Shown here: in pieces, positions 14,792-23,363 of the stretch
Layout: the number at the start of each line of letters is the position of its first letter
Position numbering within the stretch: the first letter of the stretch is position 1
Virus record (IMG/VR): IMGVR_UViG_3300048576_000185
Span: 1-36,589 of that record
DNA from: a virus
Direction: 5' to 3' (one strand)
Length of the DNA stretch: 36,589 bases
Position numbers and translations under genes: made by a program
The notes under the pieces: generated by a model
Databases searched by the model: none
The model's input: only the letters and a program-made list of their open reading frames with translations
Told to the model about the DNA's origin: nothing

Positions 14792-15391
14792 CTATGCCGA
14801 TCCCAGACGTTCAATAATCAGATTGAGAGTGCAATCTTGTATGGATTGGTTTAAACCATTGTAAATATTGCATACAGGTACAATGGTGGAACCATCTGCT
14901 TTTATCCCCGTAAAGCACATTCCGCTATAACTATTCCCAACAACCCCCCAGAATTCGCTATACCACATAAAAAGGGTTGGAAAGGCTAATCCACTCCAGG
15001 TTACTTCTATTCTGCCTGAGGTTGGTGTTGATGGACAATTCGCATTGATTTCATATATAGCCCGATACCTACCGCCTAAACCTGCGGGAATGGTGATGGT
15101 TCCCCCTGAGTGCATGTTATATGGATCATACTCAGTGGTGATCGCCAGGTTGGCATTGGCCCCGGTGGCGAGCGTGGTTGATCTGTAATGATATAAACCG
15201 ACATAAGGAATTTCAGGGCATTTCCCGGCCGCCTCAAAGGCATTCCCGCTCGAGTTGAGCCTCACCATTTGGCCAGGGATCAACCCGCCAAAAACCGCGT
15301 CAAAATTCTGGCCCCAGTACGTGTTGCCAAACAGAGCTGAGATGCTGTCCCCGGTCACGAGGATGGGCACCGCACTATATGGACCGGCCAT
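14792..15391 (-). CDS. Tail-module protein (199 aa), possibly a jelly-roll receptor-binding accessory
   Basis: Called on position. Beta-rich sequence (GRYRAIYEINA, TLNLIIERL). No specific motif. Confidence 0.45.
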   Translation of the reverse strand: MAGPYSAVPILVTGDSISALFGNTYWGQNFDAVFGGLIPGQMVRLNSSGNAFEAAGKCPEIPYVGLYHYRSTTLATGANANLAITTEYDPYNMHSGGTITIPAGLGGRYRAIYEINANCPSTPTSGRIEVTWSGLAFPTLFMWYSEFWGVVGNSYSGMCFTGIKADGSTIVPVCNIYNGLNQSIQDCTLNLIIERLGSA

Positions 15392-15935
15392 GGGGTTCCT
15401 CCTCGCTCGGTTTTACATCCGCCTGAGCCTCATCCACCGGCGCCGGATCTTCCTTAACTGGCTCAGGATCTTCCTGTTCCGGCTGTTTGGCCAGGCGGAT
15501 TGCCTCCAACTCTCCGCTGATGTCCTTGTCTGCTGTCCAGCTCCGCTCTTCAGCCAGGGGGATGGCTTTCATGGCCACCTCAATCGGGTTGGCGCCTGGC
15601 AGCTCGAGCACTTCGCGGCTCAGCATCACCTCTTCGATGTCCGCCCGCTCGCCGGGGAAGTCCACCGGCCGGTATTTCCTGCCGTTGGTGATGTTCCCAC
15701 AGTTCAAACAATAAAATACGGGTTCATCCGGGTCCACCGCCTCAGCGTTGCCGCAATCCGGGCAGCGCGCGATCCACCTTCCCCGGTTGATCTGCGCGGT
15801 CACCGCCGCGCCTTCCGCCTGGTTCCCCACCACCGCCAGGCCGCGCACCGTCGCCCATTTGCGGATACGCTCGAGCACTCCCGAGCAGCCTTCCGCGATC
15901 GCGTAGTCTCTGGCCGTCAAAATTCTGTCTGCCAT
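15375..15935 (-). CDS. Zinc-ribbon protein with an acidic Pro/Glu-rich C-terminal tail, in the tail module
   Basis: RCPDCGN...YCLNCGN. C-terminus: QPEQEDPEPVKEDPAPVDEAQADVKPSEEE. Confidence 0.5.
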   Translation of the reverse strand: MADRILTARDYAIAEGCSGVLERIRKWATVRGLAVVGNQAEGAAVTAQINRGRWIARCPDCGNAEAVDPDEPVFYCLNCGNITNGRKYRPVDFPGERADIEEVMLSREVLELPGANPIEVAMKAIPLAEERSWTADKDISGELEAIRLAKQPEQEDPEPVKEDPAPVDEAQADVKPSEEEPHGRSI

Positions 15936-15943
15936 TTTTCCTC

Positions 15944-17455
15944 CTACAATACTTTCGTGTCGATGCCGATCCGCGCCGGCAGGGTGAACCAGCCATCCCC
16001 CGAGATGTCGATCACCGGCTCGAGTGTCAGGGTGGTCAGCAATCCCTGCCCGTTGGGATATAAAAATTCTTCCTTCAGCTCACCCACCACATAGCTGCCG
16101 CTGATCCCCAGCGCGGCAATCGAAAGATCGATCCTCATGAATTGGTCGATCTGGAACTGCAGATCCGGCCTGGTTTCGATTTGGATGATCGGGATCTTGC
16201 TGGCCCCCTGCAGCAACAGATTGATGTGCTCTGCCAGTGCCATCGCCTGGTAAATCCCCTGGATCCAGGGACTGTCCAATGTCATGGATCTGGTTCCATA
16301 CCGCGCGATGGATACCGCCGTGGATGCCGTTTGCTCTGACACATCCCCTTTGGTGATGGCTTGTCCTCTCACCTTGCACATCGTGACAATGCCCACTGAT
16401 GCCGAATTGTTGGTGATGGTCACCAACCCCTTGCCGGCATATACCGGCGAGAGTGTCACTGTGAACTGGCTGCTCAGGTCGGTTCCTGTTCCATCCGATT
16501 TGGTATTCATTGTGTAGTCGGTGGTCACCACCGGCGCCACTATGTTGGTCGCCGCGCAGGTCTGCCCGTTGTATCCGAAGGTAGCCCAGGTGGTCAGGCT
16601 GGCGCCCGGGTTGAGAGCCGGCCTTTCCGCCATCGTCCAGATCACTCCCAGCGCCTGCAGCACCAGTGGATTGACCTTGACCGTGATCGAGTTTTTAACC
16701 GTCTCCCACGGTTGTTTGGTCAGTGGTTTGGATCCCAGTTGGCTCTGGTCCAGGGTGAGCGCCGCCAGCGAGATCCGGTCCCTCTTGTAAAAGGTCGCTA
16801 TCCCTGATCGATCGAAGAAAAACCGCCCGAAATAGGCATCCGCCAGCTCGCGGAGGGCCGTAAAGGCCGTCTGCCCGGTCACATGCCAATATGGTAGGGT
16901 ATCCAGGGTCGAATCGATCGCGTAGGTCGTGATCCCCGCTGCCTGCAGGATCAGGATGATGGCGTCGGATACGCGGATATTGGTTTGCAGGGGGATCGAT
17001 ACCGGCTCTGAAAGCAGCGCCTCATCCCCGATCAGGCTGATGGTCACCGTGTCGGACCCGGCCGGCTGGATGTCGTTGACGCTTCCCACCCAGCGATCGT
17101 ACCAGGTGCCCGTCGAGGCATCCTTGGCCCTGATCTTCGCCCGCGCCCCCGGCAGCAGATACGGGTAGTACGGGCTGGATGGGTTGTCAGCCGTGTACCG
17201 CCCGTCGTGGTTATCGACGGTCAGATCGATCCGCGTGGTCTGCAGCGCTTCCAGCCCGTTGCCATCCTGCGAGACCAGGTTGGCTCGCCCCCCGCTGCGT
17301 GTGTACCCCCGCACAAATGGGGTTTCGATCCCGCTGTAACGCCCGCTCCCATCCCAGTCGATCACGAACCGCCAGAACATCCGCGGGTAGGGGTACAGTT
17401 CCTCCACCCCCAGGTGGATGCCCGTTCCCAGCTTGAAAGTCCCCAGGGTGGCCAT
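15944..17455 (-). CDS. Minor tail protein following the tape measure (distal tail / tip complex)
   Basis: It lies immediately downstream of the tape measure gene (TGATG overlap). 503 aa and beta-rich. Confidence 0.6.
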   Translation of the reverse strand: MATLGTFKLGTGIHLGVEELYPYPRMFWRFVIDWDGSGRYSGIETPFVRGYTRSGGRANLVSQDGNGLEALQTTRIDLTVDNHDGRYTADNPSSPYYPYLLPGARAKIRAKDASTGTWYDRWVGSVNDIQPAGSDTVTISLIGDEALLSEPVSIPLQTNIRVSDAIILILQAAGITTYAIDSTLDTLPYWHVTGQTAFTALRELADAYFGRFFFDRSGIATFYKRDRISLAALTLDQSQLGSKPLTKQPWETVKNSITVKVNPLVLQALGVIWTMAERPALNPGASLTTWATFGYNGQTCAATNIVAPVVTTDYTMNTKSDGTGTDLSSQFTVTLSPVYAGKGLVTITNNSASVGIVTMCKVRGQAITKGDVSEQTASTAVSIARYGTRSMTLDSPWIQGIYQAMALAEHINLLLQGASKIPIIQIETRPDLQFQIDQFMRIDLSIAALGISGSYVVGELKEEFLYPNGQGLLTTLTLEPVIDISGDGWFTLPARIGIDTKVL

Positions 17456-19116
17456 CAGCGGTTGATCTCCCGCAGTGCCTGCATCAGCACCGGCTTCAGC
17501 GCGTTCACCGCCCCCCGCTGATCCAACGAGTTAACCAGGCTATTCACGTGCAGATGGATGGTGATATTTGCTCCCAAACCACCCAGCTTGTCATTGGGGA
17601 TGATCCTACCGGAGTGATCTGGAACGTCCAATTCTGGACCGTTCTCCCCCACAATTCTTGGCCTTCCGGCATCATAGTCTCCACCTTTTGCAAACCAAAT
17701 CGGGTTCCCTCCGTTATTACCAGGAACATAACCACCACTATTAACAACCTTATGGACAGTAGTTACAGTGACTGTCTTTTCCGTAGGAATTCCAGCGATC
17801 TGATCAGCAAGGTTGGACGCGTTGGTAGTCCCATCATTCAGCTTCGTGTTGTATGCATCGGCTGATTTGATCAGGTCGGCGGTTTGTTTGTCCACCAAAC
17901 CCCAATCTTCCATCAGTCTTCCGATGAACTCGCTGTCCTTGGCCGAAAACCCATCCAGGGAAAGGCGTTTGATCAGCATATCCACCACGAATTTCTTGGT
18001 TTCCTTGTCATGCTCATCCGCATTATTTTTGATTTCGGCGGCGGTATCCTGCCATCCCTTTTTGGCTTCATCAAGATCCTTTTTTTGGTCGTCCGATAGA
18101 TACGGTTTCTTCTCCAGTTCCTTGATTTTGTCCAGGTATTCCTGGGCTTTATCATTCAGGGTTTGCTGTGCTTCTGAGTACTTGGTTTGCATATCTCCGT
18201 AGGATCCCGCCATCACCGCCTTCATCGTTTCCAGGCTGGATTGCATTTGATTGGCGGCATTGGCGGCATCCAATTCTGATTTGGAATAATCAATCATTCC
18301 ATCATTAGTATCCTTGATCGCTTCATGCAGCTGGTGAAGTTGGTTCTCCAGGTCCTTTTGAGCCTGTGGGTATCCTCTGGTTTTTTCAATCAAGTTCTCA
18401 ATTGCCCCCGCCTGTTCCTGCAGCCCCTTGGTTCCTTCCCCCTCGCCATCGATCATATCCGTGATCACCGGTATGACTTGATTTCCGACGATCATTTTGT
18501 ATTCGGTCCATTTGTCATTCAGGGCATCCACTGCTTTGTAGTAATCCTCCGAAGCCTTGGCTGCCTTGTTGGTAACGATCAAGCCCTTGCCAACACTGTC
18601 CACCATCGATTTGATCCCGCTGCCCCCCTGCTCGAGCAGTTTCTTCATCTCCGGGCCGGCTCGCTTGCCAAATTCATCCGCGGCGAATTGCGCTCGTTGT
18701 ACCGGGTCCTGGATGGCCACATATTGATCGGCCAGTTTTGCCAGGGTATCGATGTTGGGCTGCAGGCCGTTATCAGTCATGGTCTTGAATGCCGTGGTCA
18801 GGGTGGATGTGCTCAATCGCAAATCATCCGAGACCTGGAAAAGTTCGCTTGCCTCAGCGGTGGTGGTGCCCATATCCCTTGCGAGATCGATAATCGAGAG
18901 GTTGTAATCCTGGGTTTGCTTGGTCGCATCGATGACCTGTTTCCCCAGAAAGGCCACCGCTCCAGCAACTGTCAGCGTGGTAACGTTGAAACCGGTGAGG
19001 TCCTTCACCACGTCGTTGGTGAATTTCCCCATCGATCCCATTTCTTTTCCGACCCCCTGGACTGTTTTACTGGCCTGGTCGGTCGCCTTGATGATGATCT
19101 CAATCAGATTTGCCAT
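17455..19116 (-). CDS. Tail tape measure protein (553 aa)
   Basis: Follows the G/GT chaperones. Helical and Ala/Gln/Lys-rich, with a typical N-terminal region: AGAVAFLGKQVIDATKQTQDYNLSIIDLARDMG. Confidence 0.85.
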   Translation of the reverse strand: MANLIEIIIKATDQASKTVQGVGKEMGSMGKFTNDVVKDLTGFNVTTLTVAGAVAFLGKQVIDATKQTQDYNLSIIDLARDMGTTTAEASELFQVSDDLRLSTSTLTTAFKTMTDNGLQPNIDTLAKLADQYVAIQDPVQRAQFAADEFGKRAGPEMKKLLEQGGSGIKSMVDSVGKGLIVTNKAAKASEDYYKAVDALNDKWTEYKMIVGNQVIPVITDMIDGEGEGTKGLQEQAGAIENLIEKTRGYPQAQKDLENQLHQLHEAIKDTNDGMIDYSKSELDAANAANQMQSSLETMKAVMAGSYGDMQTKYSEAQQTLNDKAQEYLDKIKELEKKPYLSDDQKKDLDEAKKGWQDTAAEIKNNADEHDKETKKFVVDMLIKRLSLDGFSAKDSEFIGRLMEDWGLVDKQTADLIKSADAYNTKLNDGTTNASNLADQIAGIPTEKTVTVTTVHKVVNSGGYVPGNNGGNPIWFAKGGDYDAGRPRIVGENGPELDVPDHSGRIIPNDKLGGLGANITIHLHVNSLVNSLDQRGAVNALKPVLMQALREINR

Positions 19117-19656
19117 TATTCGCTCTTATCTCATCAATCAGATTGACGATTTTGAATTCATCCGGATACATTTTGGAAAATTTCCCTTCCTGGCCTGGCG
19201 TTCTCTGGTTATACAACGACGTCGCTCTATGCACTCGTTCCGCCATGTTCATGCCTCGTAACAACCATTCCGGTTGATCCAGAATTGCCCCCTCGCAGGG
19301 AAGCGCGTTGTAATTTCTGCAGGTAAACGCTAACCATAAAATCTCTGGCTGTGGATGTTCGTTGGGTTCATCTGTATAGTCAGCCACAGCCAGGATCAGT
19401 TTGGGCCGTCAACCCACTCCAATTCCTTCACATACTTCTCCACCACTTCCTTGGCCAGTCTCTTGGCCTCTCCGGTCTTCAGATCGGCTACCTCCTCAAT
19501 GGCACCACCGATGATCATCCCGCTCTCGATGCCCGCTTTTACGACGGCCATCGTGTGGTCAAGATGGTTTAAATCCTTTTTGTTGATCTCTGCGATCAAC
19601 TTGTAAAACGCGACCATATGCTTGATCCGGGGATCCGGATTAACTGTGAAAGTCAT
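19100..19656 (-). CDS. Tail assembly chaperone GT, the -1 frameshift fusion product
   Basis: After a -1 slip on C CCA AAC, the reading continues CTG ATC CTG GCT GTG GCT GAC..., which is the frame of track ORF 19100..19387. Confidence 0.65.
19396..19656 (-). CDS. Tail assembly chaperone G (86 aa)
   Basis: Lies between the major tail and tape measure genes. Ends ...GGC CCA AAC TGA, with the slippery heptamer in frame. Confidence 0.75.
   Translation of the reverse strand: MTFTVNPDPRIKHMVAFYKLIAEINKKDLNHLDHTMAVVKAGIESGMIIGGAIEEVADLKTGEAKRLAKEVVEKYVKELEWVDGPN
19399..19405 (-). promoter_or_regulatory. Programmed -1 ribosomal frameshift heptamer CCCAAAC (X XXY YYZ, in the zero frame)
   Basis: The plus strand reads gtttggg at 19399-19405. 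The TGA of the G ORF follows immediately at 19398-19396. Confidence 0.7.
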
Positions 19657-19666
19657 CCCTCACCTC

Positions 19667-20674
19667 CTACGGTAATGTCGCCAGTTGGTTGACAAAGATC
19701 AGTCCGCCCACCGCCGCGGCGGAGGCGTTGTATCGGCAGCGCATGGTCCCTGTCACAATCGAGTTCCCATCCTGCTTGCCGATTTCCGAGAAGCTCTCCC
19801 ACTTTCCCAGCAGGTTGGCGATGAATGACTTTTTACTGTAAGTCGTCCCCGCCGTGGTCAGGGCGCTTCCCTCGAACAGCAGTTTTATCGCCTGGGCCGC
19901 CTGGGTGAGACGGTTGGCCTTCTGCGCGATCGCGGTCGCGTTGTGCACGAAGGTCACGTTCAACATGATCTCATACAGGTCCTTGTCGAACACGATCCGG
20001 CTGAAGTACAGGTTTCCATCGGTGGTGTAATCCGCCCGCCAGCCGGTCTTGATATTCAACTCAAACCCTTTAATCGTGTTGCTCACCTGTGTGGTCGCCG
20101 GGTAGGTCGCGGCCGCGTTGAGATAGACTTTCCCGGTGTTGACCATCACATCCTCCACCGTGGGGATGCTCAATGCGCCCGTGAACGCGTTGGGCTGCAC
20201 CTGGCGACCGATCATCTTCCCGGACCATTTCAGCGCGTTCTTGATCCCGCCGCTGATTTTCAGCGACTCGAAAAAGCAATATTCCATCCGCTCCGCGCCG
20301 GCGTTGTCTCCGCCCTCGATGGTACCGGTCTTGATGGTGTTCGCCGCCGTGGTCGGCCACGGATATCCATACACCTTTCCGCTGCCTGCGCCATCCGCCG
20401 CCCCGGTCCCGACCGCTTTGATCCCCATTTCGCACGGATACGGTCCCTGTTCAAAAGTCAGGATCTGCTCGCCCACATCCATCGCCCCCTCGTAGTAGGG
20501 GATGTAACTCCGGTCGGTGCCCGGCAGAATGGAAACATCCTCATCCGGGAAGACCACCTCCGCATTGTCCTTGAGGGTGCAGCTGTTCTCACGCAGGATG
20601 GTGGTGGCTGCCACCGCGGTGCCTGGCGTAGTCTCCAGGCCAAGTTGAACCTTTTGGAAGGCTGTTTCGCCCAT
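19667..20674 (-). CDS. Major tail (tube) protein
   Basis: Directly upstream of the G/GT genes. GGGAGGA SD. 335 aa and beta-rich. Confidence 0.7.
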   Translation of the reverse strand: MGETAFQKVQLGLETTPGTAVAATTILRENSCTLKDNAEVVFPDEDVSILPGTDRSYIPYYEGAMDVGEQILTFEQGPYPCEMGIKAVGTGAADGAGSGKVYGYPWPTTAANTIKTGTIEGGDNAGAERMEYCFFESLKISGGIKNALKWSGKMIGRQVQPNAFTGALSIPTVEDVMVNTGKVYLNAAATYPATTQVSNTIKGFELNIKTGWRADYTTDGNLYFSRIVFDKDLYEIMLNVTFVHNATAIAQKANRLTQAAQAIKLLFEGSALTTAGTTYSKKSFIANLLGKWESFSEIGKQDGNSIVTGTMRCRYNASAAAVGGLIFVNQLATLP

Positions 20675-20868
20675 TATTTCCTCCCTTTCTGAGGTACCTC
20701 TTCATACAGCCCGCTCGCGCGGACCGCGGCAACCAGGTCGCCGTCCATCTGCTCGAGATCCTGATCTGTCAGATCCCGTGCGGGTATGCCCAATAAAAAC
20801 TTCTCGGGGTGGGTGTACTTCCACACCACCACCGGCTCCTTTTTGACTTGTTCCTGTTCTTCAGGCAT
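20674..20868 (-). CDS. Small structural-module protein (64 aa)
   Basis: TAATG overlap with the major tail gene and an 8-nt overlap of its start with the end of the upstream gene. Confidence 0.45.
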   Translation of the reverse strand: MPEEQEQVKKEPVVVWKYTHPEKFLLGIPARDLTDQDLEQMDGDLVAAVRASGLYEEVPQKGRK

Positions 20869-21334
20869 TGATCGTTACTCCTTCTTTTTCATTTACCCAG
20901 AGATCTATGACAGGTCCCCAGTATTGGTCATCCGGTCCGCCCCACTGGATCGGCCCTATCTTCCAACTGAACAGCTCGCCGCTCTCCTGGTCGCCGATGA
21001 TCTGGCAGGATCCATTGAGTGTCAGATGCGCGTACAGGGTGATGGCCACCGCTCGCGGCCACGGCTCCACCAGGGCGTACCGCTCGCTCATCTCCTTGGC
21101 CATCCCGCACAGCATGATGTAGATCCGCACCTTGTAGCGGTGGGTCATCTCCACATCGGCGCTCTGCACGATCGTATTTTCGGCGTTCGCCGCCAGCACG
21201 CATTTGATCAACGGGAAATCCGCTTCCGCGGCGGAGGGGCTGGGGCCGTCCACCCGGGCGGGCGACGGCTGTGGAGCCGGGTTCACGCCCGCCAGGATGG
21301 CCTCCAGTTGTGCCAGTACGTTGGTGATGCTCAT
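20861..21334 (-). CDS. Neck / tail-completion protein (called on position only)
   Basis: Lies between the connector and major tail genes. ATGA coupling. Confidence 0.4.
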   Translation of the reverse strand: MSITNVLAQLEAILAGVNPAPQPSPARVDGPSPSAAEADFPLIKCVLAANAENTIVQSADVEMTHRYKVRIYIMLCGMAKEMSERYALVEPWPRAVAITLYAHLTLNGSCQIIGDQESGELFSWKIGPIQWGGPDDQYWGPVIDLWVNEKEGVTINA

Positions 21335-22155
21335 ACCATCCCCCTGGCCATCAGCCCCAGCTCAGTCAGCGTCTTGCGCAGATATACCGTCACATCTTTG
21401 GGAGTGGAGAAAGTGACCCCGTCCACGGTGATGGTTTCCGCGGTCGGGTTGCTCTGCAGTTTGTACAGAGCCAGTGCCCCTCTTTTGGCCAGGCCTTCGA
21501 TGTCCGCGCCCGGGTTCCAGCGATAGATCCTGGCGCCGCTCAAATGGCTCGCCGCCATGGATCCATTCACCCCCCTGATCAGGGTCAACTGATCAGGAGT
21601 GCCGCTCACAACCGCCGAAGCGTACATCCATTCGTCATCGATCTTCAGCAGCTCACCCGCCTTCACCTTGCCGGCCGTGCAGGTCGCGCTGGTATCGCTG
21701 GCATTGATCCCGGCTGCCAGGCTGGCGAGGGTATCTTCCACCGTCTCCGGCCAGATCCGGCTGTAACCCCAGATCCCCGCCACGCTGATCGCCGCGTCGC
21801 TGTAGCTGGTCACGCTCGGGTACCACGAGTACATCCCACCCACCAGGCGGATGGAGTGCTTGGGATACCGGTTGAGCGGATACAACCGGTAGTACGCGCT
21901 GGGGATGACCGTGCCATCCCCGTTGGTTAAGGTGGTCACCTCGAGCAGATCGGCATCCACTACCAGTTCGGTTTCATCGTCGGGCACATCAAAGGTCAGT
22001 GTCCGAACCCGTGGGTGGAATTCCCGCCGGCTGAGAGTTTCAATCTGCGCGCTCACATCCTTGATCATCTTCAGGATGAAAGCGTCATCCGAGGTGCTCT
22101 TGATGTCGCTGTATTCGCGCAGGGCTGAGACGGTGGTGTAATCGCAGATCTTCAT
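21331..22155 (-). CDS. Head-tail connector (gp6-like N-terminal region) with a long C-terminal extension
   Basis: Start at ATG 22155 (MKICDYTTVSALREYSDIKSTSDDAFILKMIKDVSAQIETLSRREF) rather than track position 22347. The N-terminus fits the pattern typical of head-tail adaptors. Confidence 0.5.
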   Translation of the reverse strand: MKICDYTTVSALREYSDIKSTSDDAFILKMIKDVSAQIETLSRREFHPRVRTLTFDVPDDETELVVDADLLEVTTLTNGDGTVIPSAYYRLYPLNRYPKHSIRLVGGMYSWYPSVTSYSDAAISVAGIWGYSRIWPETVEDTLASLAAGINASDTSATCTAGKVKAGELLKIDDEWMYASAVVSGTPDQLTLIRGVNGSMAASHLSGARIYRWNPGADIEGLAKRGALALYKLQSNPTAETITVDGVTFSTPKDVTVYLRKTLTELGLMARGMV

Positions 22156-22160
22156 GGTGG

Positions 22161-22520
22161 TTAGCTCTTCATCACTACCGCGAAAGCGCGATCGGCGCTC
22201 TGGGAAACAGCGGAGCCGGAGGCTTCGGTCCAGATCTTGAACCGTTCGGCTCCCGCCAGCTCGGTGGGCAGCGGATAGGCGTGGCTGGCGCCCAGGTCCA
22301 CCGTGATCTCCACCAGCGTATTGCTCGCATTCCGCAGATCCCCCCATGTGGTGCCGCCATCCGGAGAAACCTTGAACGCGATTTTGGTGGTCGCTTCCAG
22401 TGCGGCGGGGGTGATCAGTTGTCCCTTCTCAAACCCGGCAAAGATGATCGGATCGCTTTCGCTCTGTCCGCTGAGGATTTTGTGAGGTTGCTGCTGACTG
22501 TATCGTGTGTATGTTCCCAT
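22161..22520 (-). CDS. Hypothetical head-module protein (119 aa)
   Basis: GGAGGAGGAAATCG upstream of ATG 22520. Confidence 0.45.
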   Translation of the reverse strand: MGTYTRYSQQQPHKILSGQSESDPIIFAGFEKGQLITPAALEATTKIAFKVSPDGGTTWGDLRNASNTLVEITVDLGASHAYPLPTELAGAERFKIWTEASGSAVSQSADRAFAVVMKS

Positions 22521-22532
22521 CGATTTCCTCCT

Positions 22533-22555
22533 CCCCTCCCCGAACTGGGGAGGGG
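22533..22555 (-). other. GC-rich stem-loop (CCCCTCCCC / GGGGAGGGG, 5-nt loop) abutting the SD of the downstream gene
   Basis: Read directly. No U-tract follows, so this is not a canonical terminator. Confidence 0.6.
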
Positions 22556-22566
22556 GATGAATTTTC

Positions 22567-22896
22567 CTAGAGGTCGCCTACACCGCCCGGGTGGACGGCC
22601 AGAAGTTCGCCTTGCCCCATGACGGGTTTGGTTGAATTTTCCTTGACCGGCTTTGAACCATTTGGCTTGGTGGTTTTCGATGAAGTTTCATTAACCGGTT
22701 TTGGGGTTGTTGGTTTGGTTGGCTTGGGCGCAGTTTCCTTAACCATTTTTTTGGCAATACCTTCATCTGCCACCGCCCGGCCATCCTGGATCAGAAAGGT
22801 CGCCCCTTCCGGATCCAGGTCCGCCACCTCTCCCTTGCGGAAGAAATTTTCCCCGGTCTCGCGGCCGCGGTAATCCACTAAGAATTTGATCTTCAT
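22567..22896 (-). CDS. Small protein with a Lys/Pro/Thr-rich low-complexity tail; possible head decoration or fibre
   Basis: MKIKFLVDYRGRETGENFFRKGEVADLDPEGATFLIQDGRAV, followed by APKPTKPTTPKPVNETSSKTTKPNGSKPVKENSTKPV. GGAGGA SD. Confidence 0.45.
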   Translation of the reverse strand: MKIKFLVDYRGRETGENFFRKGEVADLDPEGATFLIQDGRAVADEGIAKKMVKETAPKPTKPTTPKPVNETSSKTTKPNGSKPVKENSTKPVMGQGELLAVHPGGVGDL

Positions 22897-22898
22897 GG

Positions 22899-23291
22899 CT
22901 AATCCTCCGCGTAATCCACTTCAACATGGGCCTGTCCGGCTGCCGTGGCGGCAATCCCGGTATGGCGGGCGATGATCGGAGTGTTGGGCGGGATGTTGGC
23001 CTGTACGATGGTGACAGCCGTGACAGATCCAACAGTGGAGCTGTTGGTGTAGGCAGTCGCTGCAGCAATTTCGGCCCCGCCCACCGTTGTACCCAGCTTC
23101 ACATTGGCGGCTGCTACAGTGCCCGCAGTTTCGGTGTCATAAACGATGCGGATGGCGTAGATCTTCACCCGCCGCGGTCGGCGTAGCAAAGTCTCATCGA
23201 TTGTGGTTCCCGCGCCATTGTCGATATTGAAGATCTGCGATTTGACGGTGTTGATTTTGTCTTTACCGTGAGAAATTAACATTTTTGGCAT
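22899..23291 (-). CDS. Hypothetical head-module protein (130 aa)
   Basis: AAGGAGAG SD 6 nt upstream of ATG 23291. It immediately follows the capsid gene. Confidence 0.45.
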   Translation of the reverse strand: MPKMLISHGKDKINTVKSQIFNIDNGAGTTIDETLLRRPRRVKIYAIRIVYDTETAGTVAAANVKLGTTVGGAEIAAATAYTNSSTVGSVTAVTIVQANIPPNTPIIARHTGIAATAAGQAHVEVDYAED

Positions 23292-23319
23292 GGAATACTC
23301 TCCTTATGCTCTTTTCTGG

Positions 23320-23343
23320 CAGGGCGGGTTTTCACCCGCCCTG
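23320..23343 (-). other. Stem-loop CAGGGCGGG / CCCGCCCTG (9 bp, 6-nt loop) about 20 nt after the capsid polyprotein stop
   Basis: Read directly. No U-tract follows on the sense strand. Likely a partial terminator or an mRNA-stabilising hairpin. Confidence 0.55.
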
Positions 23344-23363
23344 TTCAATCAATTTGTGTGCGG

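Noticed and set aside
22619-22760. Apparent short tandem periodicity in the DNA (considered as a repeat array or CRISPR-like)
   Set aside because: It is the coding sequence of the Lys/Pro/Thr-rich tail (KPTKPTTPKPVNETSSKTTKPNGSKPVKENSTKPV). The units are imperfect, there is no repeat-spacer structure, and no cas genes are present.
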